NCBI GenBank assembly: GCA_965237525.1 | Contig: CBDEFO010000008.1 | Span: 1 to 64,000, forward strand | Direction of reading: 5' to 3' | Length of the DNA stretch: 64,000 bases | DNA from: Candidatus Latescibacterota bacterium | GTDB taxonomy: Bacteria > Latescibacterota > CBDEFO01 | Part shown: positions 28,990 to 38,248 of the stretch, in pieces | Layout of the letters: each line of letters begins with the position of its first letter | How positions within the stretch are numbered: the stretch's first letter is position 1 | Position numbers and translations under genes: made by a program | The notes under the pieces: model-generated | Database searches by the model: none | Seen by the model: only the letters and a program-made list of their open reading frames with translations | Told to the model about the DNA's origin: nothing

Positions 28990-31900
28990 TGTCCCTTTTC
29001 CAAGCTTTTCAGTTTAGTTTCCGCTTCCTTGCCGAATTTATCTCCCTCATGTCTTTTGAGAACATCCTTATATTGCTTATTTGCGTCCTGGGGTCTGTTC
29101 AGATTTTCGTAACATTCGCCTGTTTTAAGCTGTCCCTTTACGACCCATTCCTCATACGCAGGATATACATATTTTACCCTAAGGTAGTTCTCCAATGCCA
29201 TTTTATATTTCCCCTTCATAAACTCAATGTCTCCAAGGAGATACTGGGCCTGGGCCGCCAAATCGTCCGATCTTCTCTTTATCACCTGTGCTGCAAAGTC
29301 GGCAGCTTTATCGAATTCTCTTTTGTCAATATAAAGTCTTGCAAGCTCCAATCTGGACCTATCGGCTGTTATGTGATTCGCGTTTCTGTCTATAGCTTCT
29401 AAAAACGCTGTCGCAGCCTCTAAAGGTCTGTTCAAACGGGTGTACGCATCCCCCAGGCTGTAGCCGGCATCGAGTGCAGACTCTCTTTTCGGGTATTTCC
29501 TGACTGTAAGCTCGAAGATCCTTATCGCACGGCTGTAATTTCCTTTGTTAAAGTATATCTCCCCCATTTCGTAGAGAGATCGCGGGGCAAGATCGTGATC
29601 GGGATGTTCATCTGTTATCACATCGAGCGAACCGATCGCCTTATTAGGTTGATCCAACTGAACGTAAGACCTCGCTATCCAGTATAAAGCATCCGGCACA
29701 AGTTCGCTTTCGGGATATTTGGATACGATTGTTTGATATTGATCTATCGCCTCCCCAAATTTATTTACGCTGTAGTAGTAATCTGCCTTTGTCAGGTACA
29801 GATTCTCTGCGATCTTTTCCTCGGGATGCTCCAGGATAAACTTGTCCACAAAGTTTAGGGCGTTGCCCACTTCTCCCCCGCTGAAGTAGCTGTGCCATAT
29901 TCCCATCACAGCGTCCCCGAGGTGATCGCTCTGGGGATAGTCCGAGGCGAGCCTCTGATATGCCGCTATCGCCTCATCTAACTTTCCCTGGTTGTAGAGC
30001 GAATTTCCTATTTCGTACTGCGCCCTGTGGGCTAGTTCGCCGGGAGGAGAAAACTGGATGACCTTTTCAAACTCCAATATAGCCCCGTCGAAGTCCTCTT
30101 GTCTGAAGTATGCCCGACCTATCATATACTGCGCGTCGTCTATTAACTTCGATTTGGGAAACTGAGTTATGAGCCTCCTGTAAACCGATATGCTCTCTTT
30201 TTAGCCTATCCAGACGAAAATTGCACTGACCTATTTGAAACACAGTTTGCTGGATGAAATCCTTGTCTCCTGACACCACTACTTTGCTGTACGCCTCTAT
30301 TGCGGTCTCAAAATCCCCGGTGCTGAAATATGAATCGCCAATTCGGAACAAAGCGTCCTTAGATAGTTCCCCCCTAGGCGACATTTGAACCACCTTCTTG
30401 AAGCTATCTATGGCATCTCTGGGCCTCCCTGCCTTGAAATGAGACCAGGCAAGACCATACAGCGCTTCAATCGCCTTAGGGCTTTCGGGATGTTTCTGCA
30501 AGAGCGCGATGTAACCCTGGGCAGATCTCTCAAAGTCTTCCAGGTAATACATAGATTCCCCGATTAAGAATTGAGCATCCTGTGCCAGCTTATGATCGGG
30601 ATACTCAGAAAGCAACATTCTGTGCAGGGTTACACTGTCCCTGTACCTCTGCAACGTATAAAGGCACCATCCCGCTTGAAAGAGGGCGACCGGGCGTCTG
30701 TCCGACTCGGGAAACTTATCTATAACCGTTCTGTACGGCCCCAGAGCTTTCTCAAATTCTCCCGCGGCTACGTAGCTTTCACCGATCATCGAATATGCCT
30801 GTGGGAGGAGTTCGCTCTGGGAGAATTGGTGGAGCATCTTTGAAAAGTGCACTATAGATCGCACATACTGCTTTGCATCGAATTCCATTAAGCCCATCTC
30901 ATAGATCGCATCGTCAGCCAAATCGCTTTGAGGATAGTCCACTACGACCTTTTCCAGGGCCGTGAAAGACGCCTTTGTGTCACCGTCTAGTTTGAAGGCT
31001 GTCCCCATGTGGAAATATGCCCTGTCCAGAAGATCGGAGCTTGAGAACCTTGAGACCAGTCTTCCGAAGGATTCTGCCGCCATCCGATAGTTTTTCTCCT
31101 CAAAGTAGGACCAGCCAGTAGCATACAGGGAGCGAGGAGCGGGCAGAGAATCAGGAAACTCGTCATAGAGGACTTTGTAGTAGCTCCTTGCACGGGGGTA
31201 TTCCCCAAGCTGATAGGAGGATTCTCCCATTATGTAGTATCCCTCTGCGACTATATTCTCCTCAGATATGATATTTATTACCCCTTCAATAGCCTCGATC
31301 GAACCTTTGTAATCCCCCATTTCAAAGAGGGATTCTCCCATTTTGAATCTACACATGGATACCGGTTCGCTGGTGGGTAACTTTTCCACAACTTCTAAAT
31401 AAGCTCTCACAGCCTCTTCGTACTGTCCCAATTCCTGATAGGTCCATCCCAGCGAATAGAGGGCGTAAGGAGCGACAGCGCTGTCCAGATTGCTATCCGC
31501 TACAATCTTATAGTATTGAGCAGCCGATTCCAAGTCGTTCAGATTATAGGAAGACTCCCCGATCCAGTAGTTGGCATCTGCCGTAAATTCACTTTGAGGG
31601 AATTGAGCGATTAAATTTCTGAAGGTCTTTATAGAGTTGTCATAATCGCTCATCCTGAAAAAGCACTGTCCTATCCTGTAGAAGGTGTCGTCCGAGAGCT
31701 TGTCCTTTTTGAAATCTAAATTGAACTTTTGATATTCATGCAGCGCTCGTTTGTAATTTCCCAAGTTGAAATAGCATTCTCCTATCAAGAACCTGGCACT
31801 GGCAAGCTTATCGCTCTTAGAATAGTTTCGGACAAACTCCCTGAGCTTTTCGATAGATAACTTATAGTTCCTGTCCTCATAGAGACCGTAAGCAAACTTG

Positions 31901-32031
31901 TAGTCGTTGTCTTCTCCAGCGCTGAATTGAGATGCAGCCTCTGAAGAGGTGAACAATAGAGTCAAAACTGTAAATATGAGTACCATACAATCTTTCATAG
32001 AGACCTTGCAGACATATAGGGGCACACTCAT
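28986..32031 (-). CDS. Large exported TPR-repeat protein (~1000 aa), one frameshift near 30200
   Basis: Continuous YbgF/BamD-like TPR repeats. ORFs 30067..32031 and 28986..30125 join if one A is removed from an A5 run. Confidence 0.85.
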
Positions 32032-32256
32032 GTATCTGCCCTCTCAATACGGATAACTCAGGCGAACCACTTCGTGGCTTGTTGCCGGCTCTTCGTCTGC
32101 CCTGCCCGCTTTGTGGGTTGCTGCCACATCTCCTGCCCACTGCTACAGGGGTTCACCCCTACACAGAAATGAAAAAAAGCAAGGAAAAAACTCTTGCCGC
32201 TTGATCCTAAAGATAACGGCTTTGCCATCTCCCTGCTTATTCTGTTATCAGTTTAA

Positions 32257-33775
32257 AAGCCTTGTGAAAAACCCTTAGATTCAGAAAATAGTATAAAACA
32301 AGCATTGATAAAGCAGCTCCGATGTATTATATTATGTTATTGATAATATTATACATGGAGGAAACAATGACCCCACAAAAGCAGGAACAGACAAATCCGA
32401 TGTTTCACTATTTTCAGATGGAGGATTTAGTTCCCGAGGATCATATCCTTCGTCAGATTGATGAGGCAGTTGATTTTTCATTTGTACGAGACGTTGTATC
32501 AGATTGTTATTGCCCTGACAATGGCAGACCCGGTATTGATCCTGAATTAGTTGTTCGAATGATCCTTATTGGCTATCTGTATAATTTGAGTGAGAATCGG
32601 CTCTGTCAGGAAGTGGGGATGCATGCGGCATATCGGTTGTTTTGTCATCAGACATTTGATGATGCGGTTCCGGATAGGAGCACGATCAACAAGCTTCGCA
32701 ATCACAAGTGGGCATCCAGTGGGTTGTTTGAACGGATAATGCGTCAGGTAGTCCAGTGTTGCATAGATGTCGGTCTTGTGAGCGGTAAACACCTTAGTGT
32801 CGACGGCACTCAGATACAAGCTGATGCTTCAGTGAAAAGTATTGAGCCGATAGAACCCCCTGTTTCTCTTGATGATTATCTCAAGGGAATCGGTTTTGAA
32901 GGTGATAAGACAAAGGGTAGGTCCGGGCATCCTCAGGATAAAGACTTTCATGGTGAAAAGTGGACGAACCAAACACACCGTTCGACTACAGACCCCGACG
33001 CGCGCTTATACAGCAAATCGAAGGGCAAAGGGGCTTTTCTCTCGTTTATGGGCCATGATCTGATCGACACAAAAAGCAGAGTAATCCTTGAGACTCAGGG
33101 CACGCAGGCGACAGGGACAGCAGAGCCCGAAAGTGCCCTTAAGATGGTAGATGACCTTGAAACATACACCATGCCCAAAGACATTCAGACACTTAGTGCC
33201 GATACCGGTTACGGTTCTGGTAATTTTATCGCTGATGTACTTGACCGGGGAATCATACCCCATATTCCTCTGCGAGCCGATGAGAAGATTGAACCGATTC
33301 CTACATGGAAAAACAAGACAAATTCAGCACATATTCAGGCCGAACGGGATAGAAAAGTGCGAGAGGCGAAAGCCAGAAATCATGCACGGTCTATCTCATT
33401 AACAGCTGACTACAAACTCTCCCGGAGACTCCGTAAACGCAGTGAACATATCTTTGCTGAAGCCAGGCAACAACACGGTATGGGACGAGCCCGTTATAGA
33501 GGACCAGCCTCACTGAATGAACAGTTGAATCTTGTTGCAACAGTACAGAATCTCAAGAGGCTTGTATCTTTCATAAGAAGGGGGAAAGCGTCTATGTGTG
33601 CCCTGCCTGTCAAAGACAGTGCATCCTGTTCTTCAAACAGCTCCTGTTCCTTGCTGACCAGAACTCTGATAAGACTATTTTGCTTATTCCACAGCAAAAC
33701 GATACGATATGCTACTCTTTGACCCATAATCGGCGCTTCAGACGCTGCCTGGGACATAACTATTTCACAAGGCTT
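32257..33775 (+). mobile_element. IS1182-family insertion sequence
   Basis: IRs AAGCCTTGTGAAA / TTTCACAAGGCTT; TTAA direct repeat at 32253-32256 and 33776-33779. Confidence 0.9.
32367..33722 (+). CDS. IS1182-family DDE transposase
   Basis: LVPEDHILRQID, GRPGIDP, VDGTQIQADAS, STTDPDARL, ADTGY, R.RSEHIFAE; GGAGG RBS before ATG 32367. Confidence 0.92.
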   Translation: MTPQKQEQTNPMFHYFQMEDLVPEDHILRQIDEAVDFSFVRDVVSDCYCPDNGRPGIDPELVVRMILIGYLYNLSENRLCQEVGMHAAYRLFCHQTFDDAVPDRSTINKLRNHKWASSGLFERIMRQVVQCCIDVGLVSGKHLSVDGTQIQADASVKSIEPIEPPVSLDDYLKGIGFEGDKTKGRSGHPQDKDFHGEKWTNQTHRSTTDPDARLYSKSKGKGAFLSFMGHDLIDTKSRVILETQGTQATGTAEPESALKMVDDLETYTMPKDIQTLSADTGYGSGNFIADVLDRGIIPHIPLRADEKIEPIPTWKNKTNSAHIQAERDRKVREAKARNHARSISLTADYKLSRRLRKRSEHIFAEARQQHGMGRARYRGPASLNEQLNLVATVQNLKRLVSFIRRGKASMCALPVKDSASCSSNSSCSLLTRTLIRLFCLFHSKTIRYATL

Positions 33776-33874
33776 TTAAGGACAACCGCTTTGTCCTTAT
33801 GAGGATAAAGGGCAATCGAAGTCAATTCCCCTCGGAATAGATAGCAGCCCTATGCCTATCCTGCGGTGAACACT

Positions 33875-34210
33875 TTAAGAATCTGAACCCAACACAGATT
33901 CAACTTTATCCACCAGCTGCTTCTTCGGAACAGCGCCTATTATCTGATCTGCTACTTTGCCGTCTTTGAAAAAGAGCAGTGTCGGTATGCTTCGAATATT
34001 GTACTTCATCGCTGTGCTCTGCTCCGAGTCCACATCTATCTTACCGACTTTCAGCCTGCCACTGTACTCTTGCGCTAATTCTCCAACAATAGGAGACACC
34101 ATGCGGCAGGGACCGCACCACTCAGCCCAGAAGTCTATCAACACCGGATGTGAGGACTTCAAAACTTCCTCCTCAAAATTGTCATCGGTCAAGACTATAG
34201 GTTCTCCCAA
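33875..34210 (-). CDS. trxA: Thioredoxin
   Basis: DFWAEWCGPC, IRSIPTL. TTG start preferred given the promoter position. Confidence 0.95.
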   Translation of the reverse strand: MGEPIVLTDDNFEEEVLKSSHPVLIDFWAEWCGPCRMVSPIVGELAQEYSGRLKVGKIDVDSEQSTAMKYNIRSIPTLLFFKDGKVADQIIGAVPKKQLVDKVESVLGSDS

Positions 34211-34272
34211 CTTTTTCACCGCCTTTCCATAAACTTTGTCTGTCTGAACAAGCTCGATATACACTCATATTT

Positions 34273-34379
34273 AGTATACAAGGTTTTCATCCTGATGTCA
34301 AGATCAAAACCTCTGTACTCATAGAATCTACTCGATAATACAAAAATCGTTTGCCTTAGTCAAAGCGGTTTTATATATT
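34273..34379. promoter_or_regulatory. Divergent sigma70 promoters for trxA and the VOC gene
   Basis: Minus: TTGACA (34301-34296)-17-TATACT. Plus: TTGCCT (34351)-17-TATATT (34374). Confidence 0.7.
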
Positions 34380-34427
34380 ACAGTTGCGAAAGCGGAACAA
34401 TTTGGATAATACAGCACGGAGGGATCA

Positions 34428-34901
34428 ATGACAGATACTGAAACGATGGTAGGTGTTCATCACGTGAGCTTCACTGTGAGCAATCTGGAGCGTTCAGTTG
34501 CCTTTTATCGGGACATCCTGGGGATGGAAATGATACTCCAGCAGGACGCCAGCAGTGAATATGTAAAGAAGGTTGTCGCTTTTCCCAACGCCTATTTGAG
34601 GCAGGCTTTTCTAAAATTGCCCGGCCAGTCTGAGATATGTTTAGAGTTGATAGAATACGAAGAGCCGAAGGGAACTCCTGTGGACATGAAAACGTGCAAT
34701 CCCGGAAGCGCTCATCTGTGCTTCATTGTGGACGATCTGTTAAAGGTTTACGACGATCTGAAGAGCAAAAAAGTTCGTTTTAAGTCGGAGCCTGTCGCTA
34801 TCGATGCGGGCACAAATAGGGGAGCACATGCTGTCTATTTCCTGGATCCTGACGATATTACCCTGGAGTTACTTCAGCCTCCCAAAATAAGTGGACAGTA
34901 G
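34428..34901 (+). CDS. VOC/glyoxalase family protein
   Basis: HHVSFTVSNLERSVAFY, LELIEY, HLCF.VDD, YFLDPDDITLEL. Confidence 0.92.
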   Translation: MTDTETMVGVHHVSFTVSNLERSVAFYRDILGMEMILQQDASSEYVKKVVAFPNAYLRQAFLKLPGQSEICLELIEYEEPKGTPVDMKTCNPGSAHLCFIVDDLLKVYDDLKSKKVRFKSEPVAIDAGTNRGAHAVYFLDPDDITLELLQPPKISGQ

Positions 34902-34902
34902 T

Positions 34903-35354
34903 GGTTATTAGTCATATGAAATCGGAACGCTTCCCTTTGGGCATTTGTATTGAGCTTGAATTATAGCGCTGTGCTGATCTCAGGCTCTTGGTGCTTTTCA
35001 AGATGGATGTATAACCCTTGTTCTTTTGGATTCCGTTCACCCACGAAAAAGCATTTGATGTAAGAGGAGTTAGGAAACACTTTCTCATCTAACACATCCC
35101 CGATAGAATCAATCGGGGATAAATGCTTTGTCTGTCTGTACCGTATCCTGTTGAACCTATATTTCAACATAGACTTGGAAAAAAATCTTGCTTCGTTTGG
35201 ATCCTTCTACTTGGGGGAGGGTAACCGTTGTATCGTTGGGATGCAGTTTAGACCATTGAAATCTCTGATACACTTCTTGTAGGCTTTCAAACCCGGTTCT
35301 GTTCCAGAATCTTCCAGAAAACTTAGAACTGCTGCCTTTACTATATGAACCCAT
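34903..35354 (-). mobile_element. Decayed 3' portion and right IR of a relative of the IS at 44991-46292
   Basis: FWNRTGFESLQEV, QDTVQTDKAFI, DVLDEKV and LYIHLEK align with the 45093..46283 protein. GGTTATTAGTCATATGAAATCGG matches its IR. Confidence 0.85.
35099..35117. repeat. 19-bp palindromic insertion CCCGATAGAATCAATCGGG
   Basis: Absent from the intact IS homologue (ATCGAT at 46095-46100). Related copies near 55992-56010 and 57920-57950. Confidence 0.85.
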
Positions 35355-35433
35355 GTCCAGCGTTCTGATTTCATCTGATATTTAACCGTTACACAGCGGT
35401 ATTCAGTGGAAGGAACTTCCCCGATGTTGAGGC

Positions 35434-35643
35434 ATGTTCGTATTCCCGCAGGATTGCCCCGGAGGATTGTTCGTGGAACACACGCACAATTGGATCAAGC
35501 GCTTCCGACGTGTGCTAATTCGATGGGGAAAGAAGGTGGCGAACTATCCAGCTTTTTTCCATTTGGCGTTTGCCTACGTCTCCATGCGTGCTGCACAAGC
35601 TCCGGACGAAGGCCAATCCTTACTAAGGTTTTCGGATAGGCTC
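35434..35643 (+). pseudogene. IS5-family transposase C-terminal remnant with IR-like end
   Basis: VEHTHNWIKRFRRVLIRWGKKVANY.AFFHLA followed by TTTTCGGATAGGCTC. Confidence 0.75.
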
Positions 35644-36163
35644 ATGGACAGCTTGGGCAAGAATTGAATCTATCACAAGCCAGGTTGTCGTTTTCGGATT
35701 AGCACGCCCTACCTTTAACACATTTTCTCCTTCCGGTCATCAGAAATTCTGACTTTTCTTTGATTTTTCTCGCCTTTTGGAAAATTTCTCCCTTTACCCC
35801 TTCCTTGGCGGCACAAGCGGCAGGCGCAACTATAGCCAGAAGCCACGTGAGAGGAACAGCAGCACTGATTTGTTCTCTACAACACGAGGTGGATGACATG
35901 CACTGCCACCAACCCTCCGAGAGCGTCTTGCTATCGTAAGGGTTCTTGGCCTTGGACGTATGCAAAGAGGAGGGTCATGAGCGGAATATTAGAGATCACA
36001 ACTGCGCCGAGACCATCCGATACGCGGAGAAGAACCCGGTATTTGAATGCACGGTATGCCGCCAAGTTATGAGCCCCCAAGAGCGCCGCTCCCAGGAGAG
36101 CTTTGCCGCGAGACAGTGTAAGCTCCCGCGCTAGAACCATAAGCGTCCTTAGTGCTATTCTCT

Positions 36164-38149
36164 TCAGAAGACCCCGAGCGGATTGCCCCTCATCCCTGTG
36201 AAGTAATCTATCGTGAGCCACGTCGCTGCCACGACCATCTGCCCTAAGATCAGACCCAAAAAGAAAGGTCGAGTCTTTCTGAATACTGCAGCGCCGCCGT
36301 ACTTGATTATGATCACCTTGAAGAACCACGCCAAAAAGACATTAAGCCACATCTGATTTATTAAGTAAACGGGGCTGATTACGTAGCCGATGGGATGGAT
36401 AGGCCACCATATAAAGCGGTATCGGATAAAGCTCAAAAGGCCCATAACAGATGCCCCTATGCCGGTGGCTACCCATCCTCCGATGTTGGGAGTAAGGGCC
36501 CCTGCTACCCTTGAGGTTATGTAATCGAAGGGTTCTCGCGGAGCCCCGCCAAAAAACCAGGCGTAGAGGTTGATTCCGCCTTCCTGGTATGCCATGTTTA
36601 AGACCATCCACATCGATCCTGCCAGGCTCACAACGATGGAAAGCATCATCGCCCAGAAGAGCGGCCTTCTATTACCTACCACCACATTGATCAACTTGAG
36701 CCCGTTGGCGCACGAAGCCATAACAAACGTCCTCAACTCACCGTGCCAGGCGTGTGTGTACGCCAGCGCGACTAATCCTTTAGGTCCTAAAACTGTGGTC
36801 CCAAGCCCGGATACCACGAAGTCCGAACCCAGTATAGGCGGCCGCATATCAGGCATCCCTCCCTCTGATACTACACGGGTCATCCCTATAAAGATAACAA
36901 AGGCAACAAACACGAATATGGGGACGATCCAGAGGGGCATTCCGGTAGTCCACAGCCAAAAGCCTATAAAAAGGAGCCCTAAAACCATGCCAAAGAAAGC
37001 GGTCCGGTAAGATAGAATCTCGTCCGAGTCGTCCACGTTTGGGTCGTTCTTGAATGCCTTCCTGAGGACGCCCTTTAGGTGCTCCCGACCTGTCCACAGT
37101 CCTAACATGACAAAGACTATCATAGCTCCCATGCCCTGATGGAGCAGGTATGGTGACGAGGCCCAGGTGTAAGCATAGAGGCTCATTATCTGTGGGCTGT
37201 GGAAACCTATCATATTGAAAATGCCGTGCTCCACGTTGGACAGCAGGGAAAAGGACCAAATCGCAAGGGCGATGTCGCGGGGTATAAGATAGACGAATCC
37301 TATAATATGAAAACGGAGATCGAAATGAATGTTGATTGCGTTGCGAAACATGGACATATTGGCGAAAAGGTCTATATCTGGAACGAACGGATAGTACCCA
37401 TGGAGGGCATCTACACTGTCTATGACAAAAGGAATGGCAAATCCGAGCCACATAACGGGGCTTTTGAAAAATGGCGCAAGATAACCGCCTTTATCGTCCC
37501 TTATCATTTCCATAGGTGTCTGAATCAGCGGATAGATCACCCTCTCCCTCTCTACCCACTGCCTCCTTAAGATCACCATTATGCATATCATCACAAAATA
37601 AAGGACAATGGCAAAGGAAGACCAGTACAAAAGGGGCCTAATCCACATCCCCCAGGGTATCGTCTCTCCCTCAGGCAGACCTTCGTAGAAATACTTAATA
37701 TACTCTGGATCTCGAGGGGATATCCAGTCGGGGATATATGGATGGATCAGATTTACCCAGTCGTTCTCAGGGGTAGCAAAGTAGTATACACCCACGATTG
37801 CCGGAAGTAGGTGTTCGGTGAGACCTACAGCCACTATAGACGAAGCTACGATCATCATAATGTAGATCGTAACTAATTCGGTGGATTCAAACTCGATTCC
37901 CCTTTTGGTCAGCTTCAAAAGGGTGTTTACTATCCCTACGAAGATAAATAGAAGGAAGAGAGCTCCACCGGTGCTGAACGTACCAGCCATCCAGGAACCC
38001 ATGATCAGGGAATCGCTGTATGGGGCGGCTATGGATATAAAAAAGGAGAGCGCCGCTCCCACAACAAAAGATCTGACGGTAAAACGTCGAGGCGGTCTGT
38101 CCTGGCTAACGGTACGATCAGTCTTGAAATCCTCAGTCCTTGTCTCCAT
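36164..38149 (-). CDS. Polytopic membrane protein, DUF6785/DUF6784 (OPT-like putative transporter), copy 1
   Basis: Many TM segments; RRQWVERERVIYP and WWPIHPIGY motifs. Confidence 0.8.
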   Translation of the reverse strand: METRTEDFKTDRTVSQDRPPRRFTVRSFVVGAALSFFISIAAPYSDSLIMGSWMAGTFSTGGALFLLFIFVGIVNTLLKLTKRGIEFESTELVTIYIMMIVASSIVAVGLTEHLLPAIVGVYYFATPENDWVNLIHPYIPDWISPRDPEYIKYFYEGLPEGETIPWGMWIRPLLYWSSFAIVLYFVMICIMVILRRQWVERERVIYPLIQTPMEMIRDDKGGYLAPFFKSPVMWLGFAIPFVIDSVDALHGYYPFVPDIDLFANMSMFRNAINIHFDLRFHIIGFVYLIPRDIALAIWSFSLLSNVEHGIFNMIGFHSPQIMSLYAYTWASSPYLLHQGMGAMIVFVMLGLWTGREHLKGVLRKAFKNDPNVDDSDEILSYRTAFFGMVLGLLFIGFWLWTTGMPLWIVPIFVFVAFVIFIGMTRVVSEGGMPDMRPPILGSDFVVSGLGTTVLGPKGLVALAYTHAWHGELRTFVMASCANGLKLINVVVGNRRPLFWAMMLSIVVSLAGSMWMVLNMAYQEGGINLYAWFFGGAPREPFDYITSRVAGALTPNIGGWVATGIGASVMGLLSFIRYRFIWWPIHPIGYVISPVYLINQMWLNVFLAWFFKVIIIKYGGAAVFRKTRPFFLGLILGQMVVAATWLTIDYFTGMRGNPLGVF

Positions 38150-38248
38150 AAATTGAAAAGGGTCCTTACACTCTTCTGATGTGGTATATCAGATATTTAT
38201 CAAATGCACCAGTTGCTTGTATTTGCAGGTGTCTTGGCGCCATTTTCT

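Noticed and set aside
32035..32250. Cobalamin or other riboswitch upstream of the TonB-receptor operon
   Set aside because: No B12-box or other recognisable aptamer consensus.
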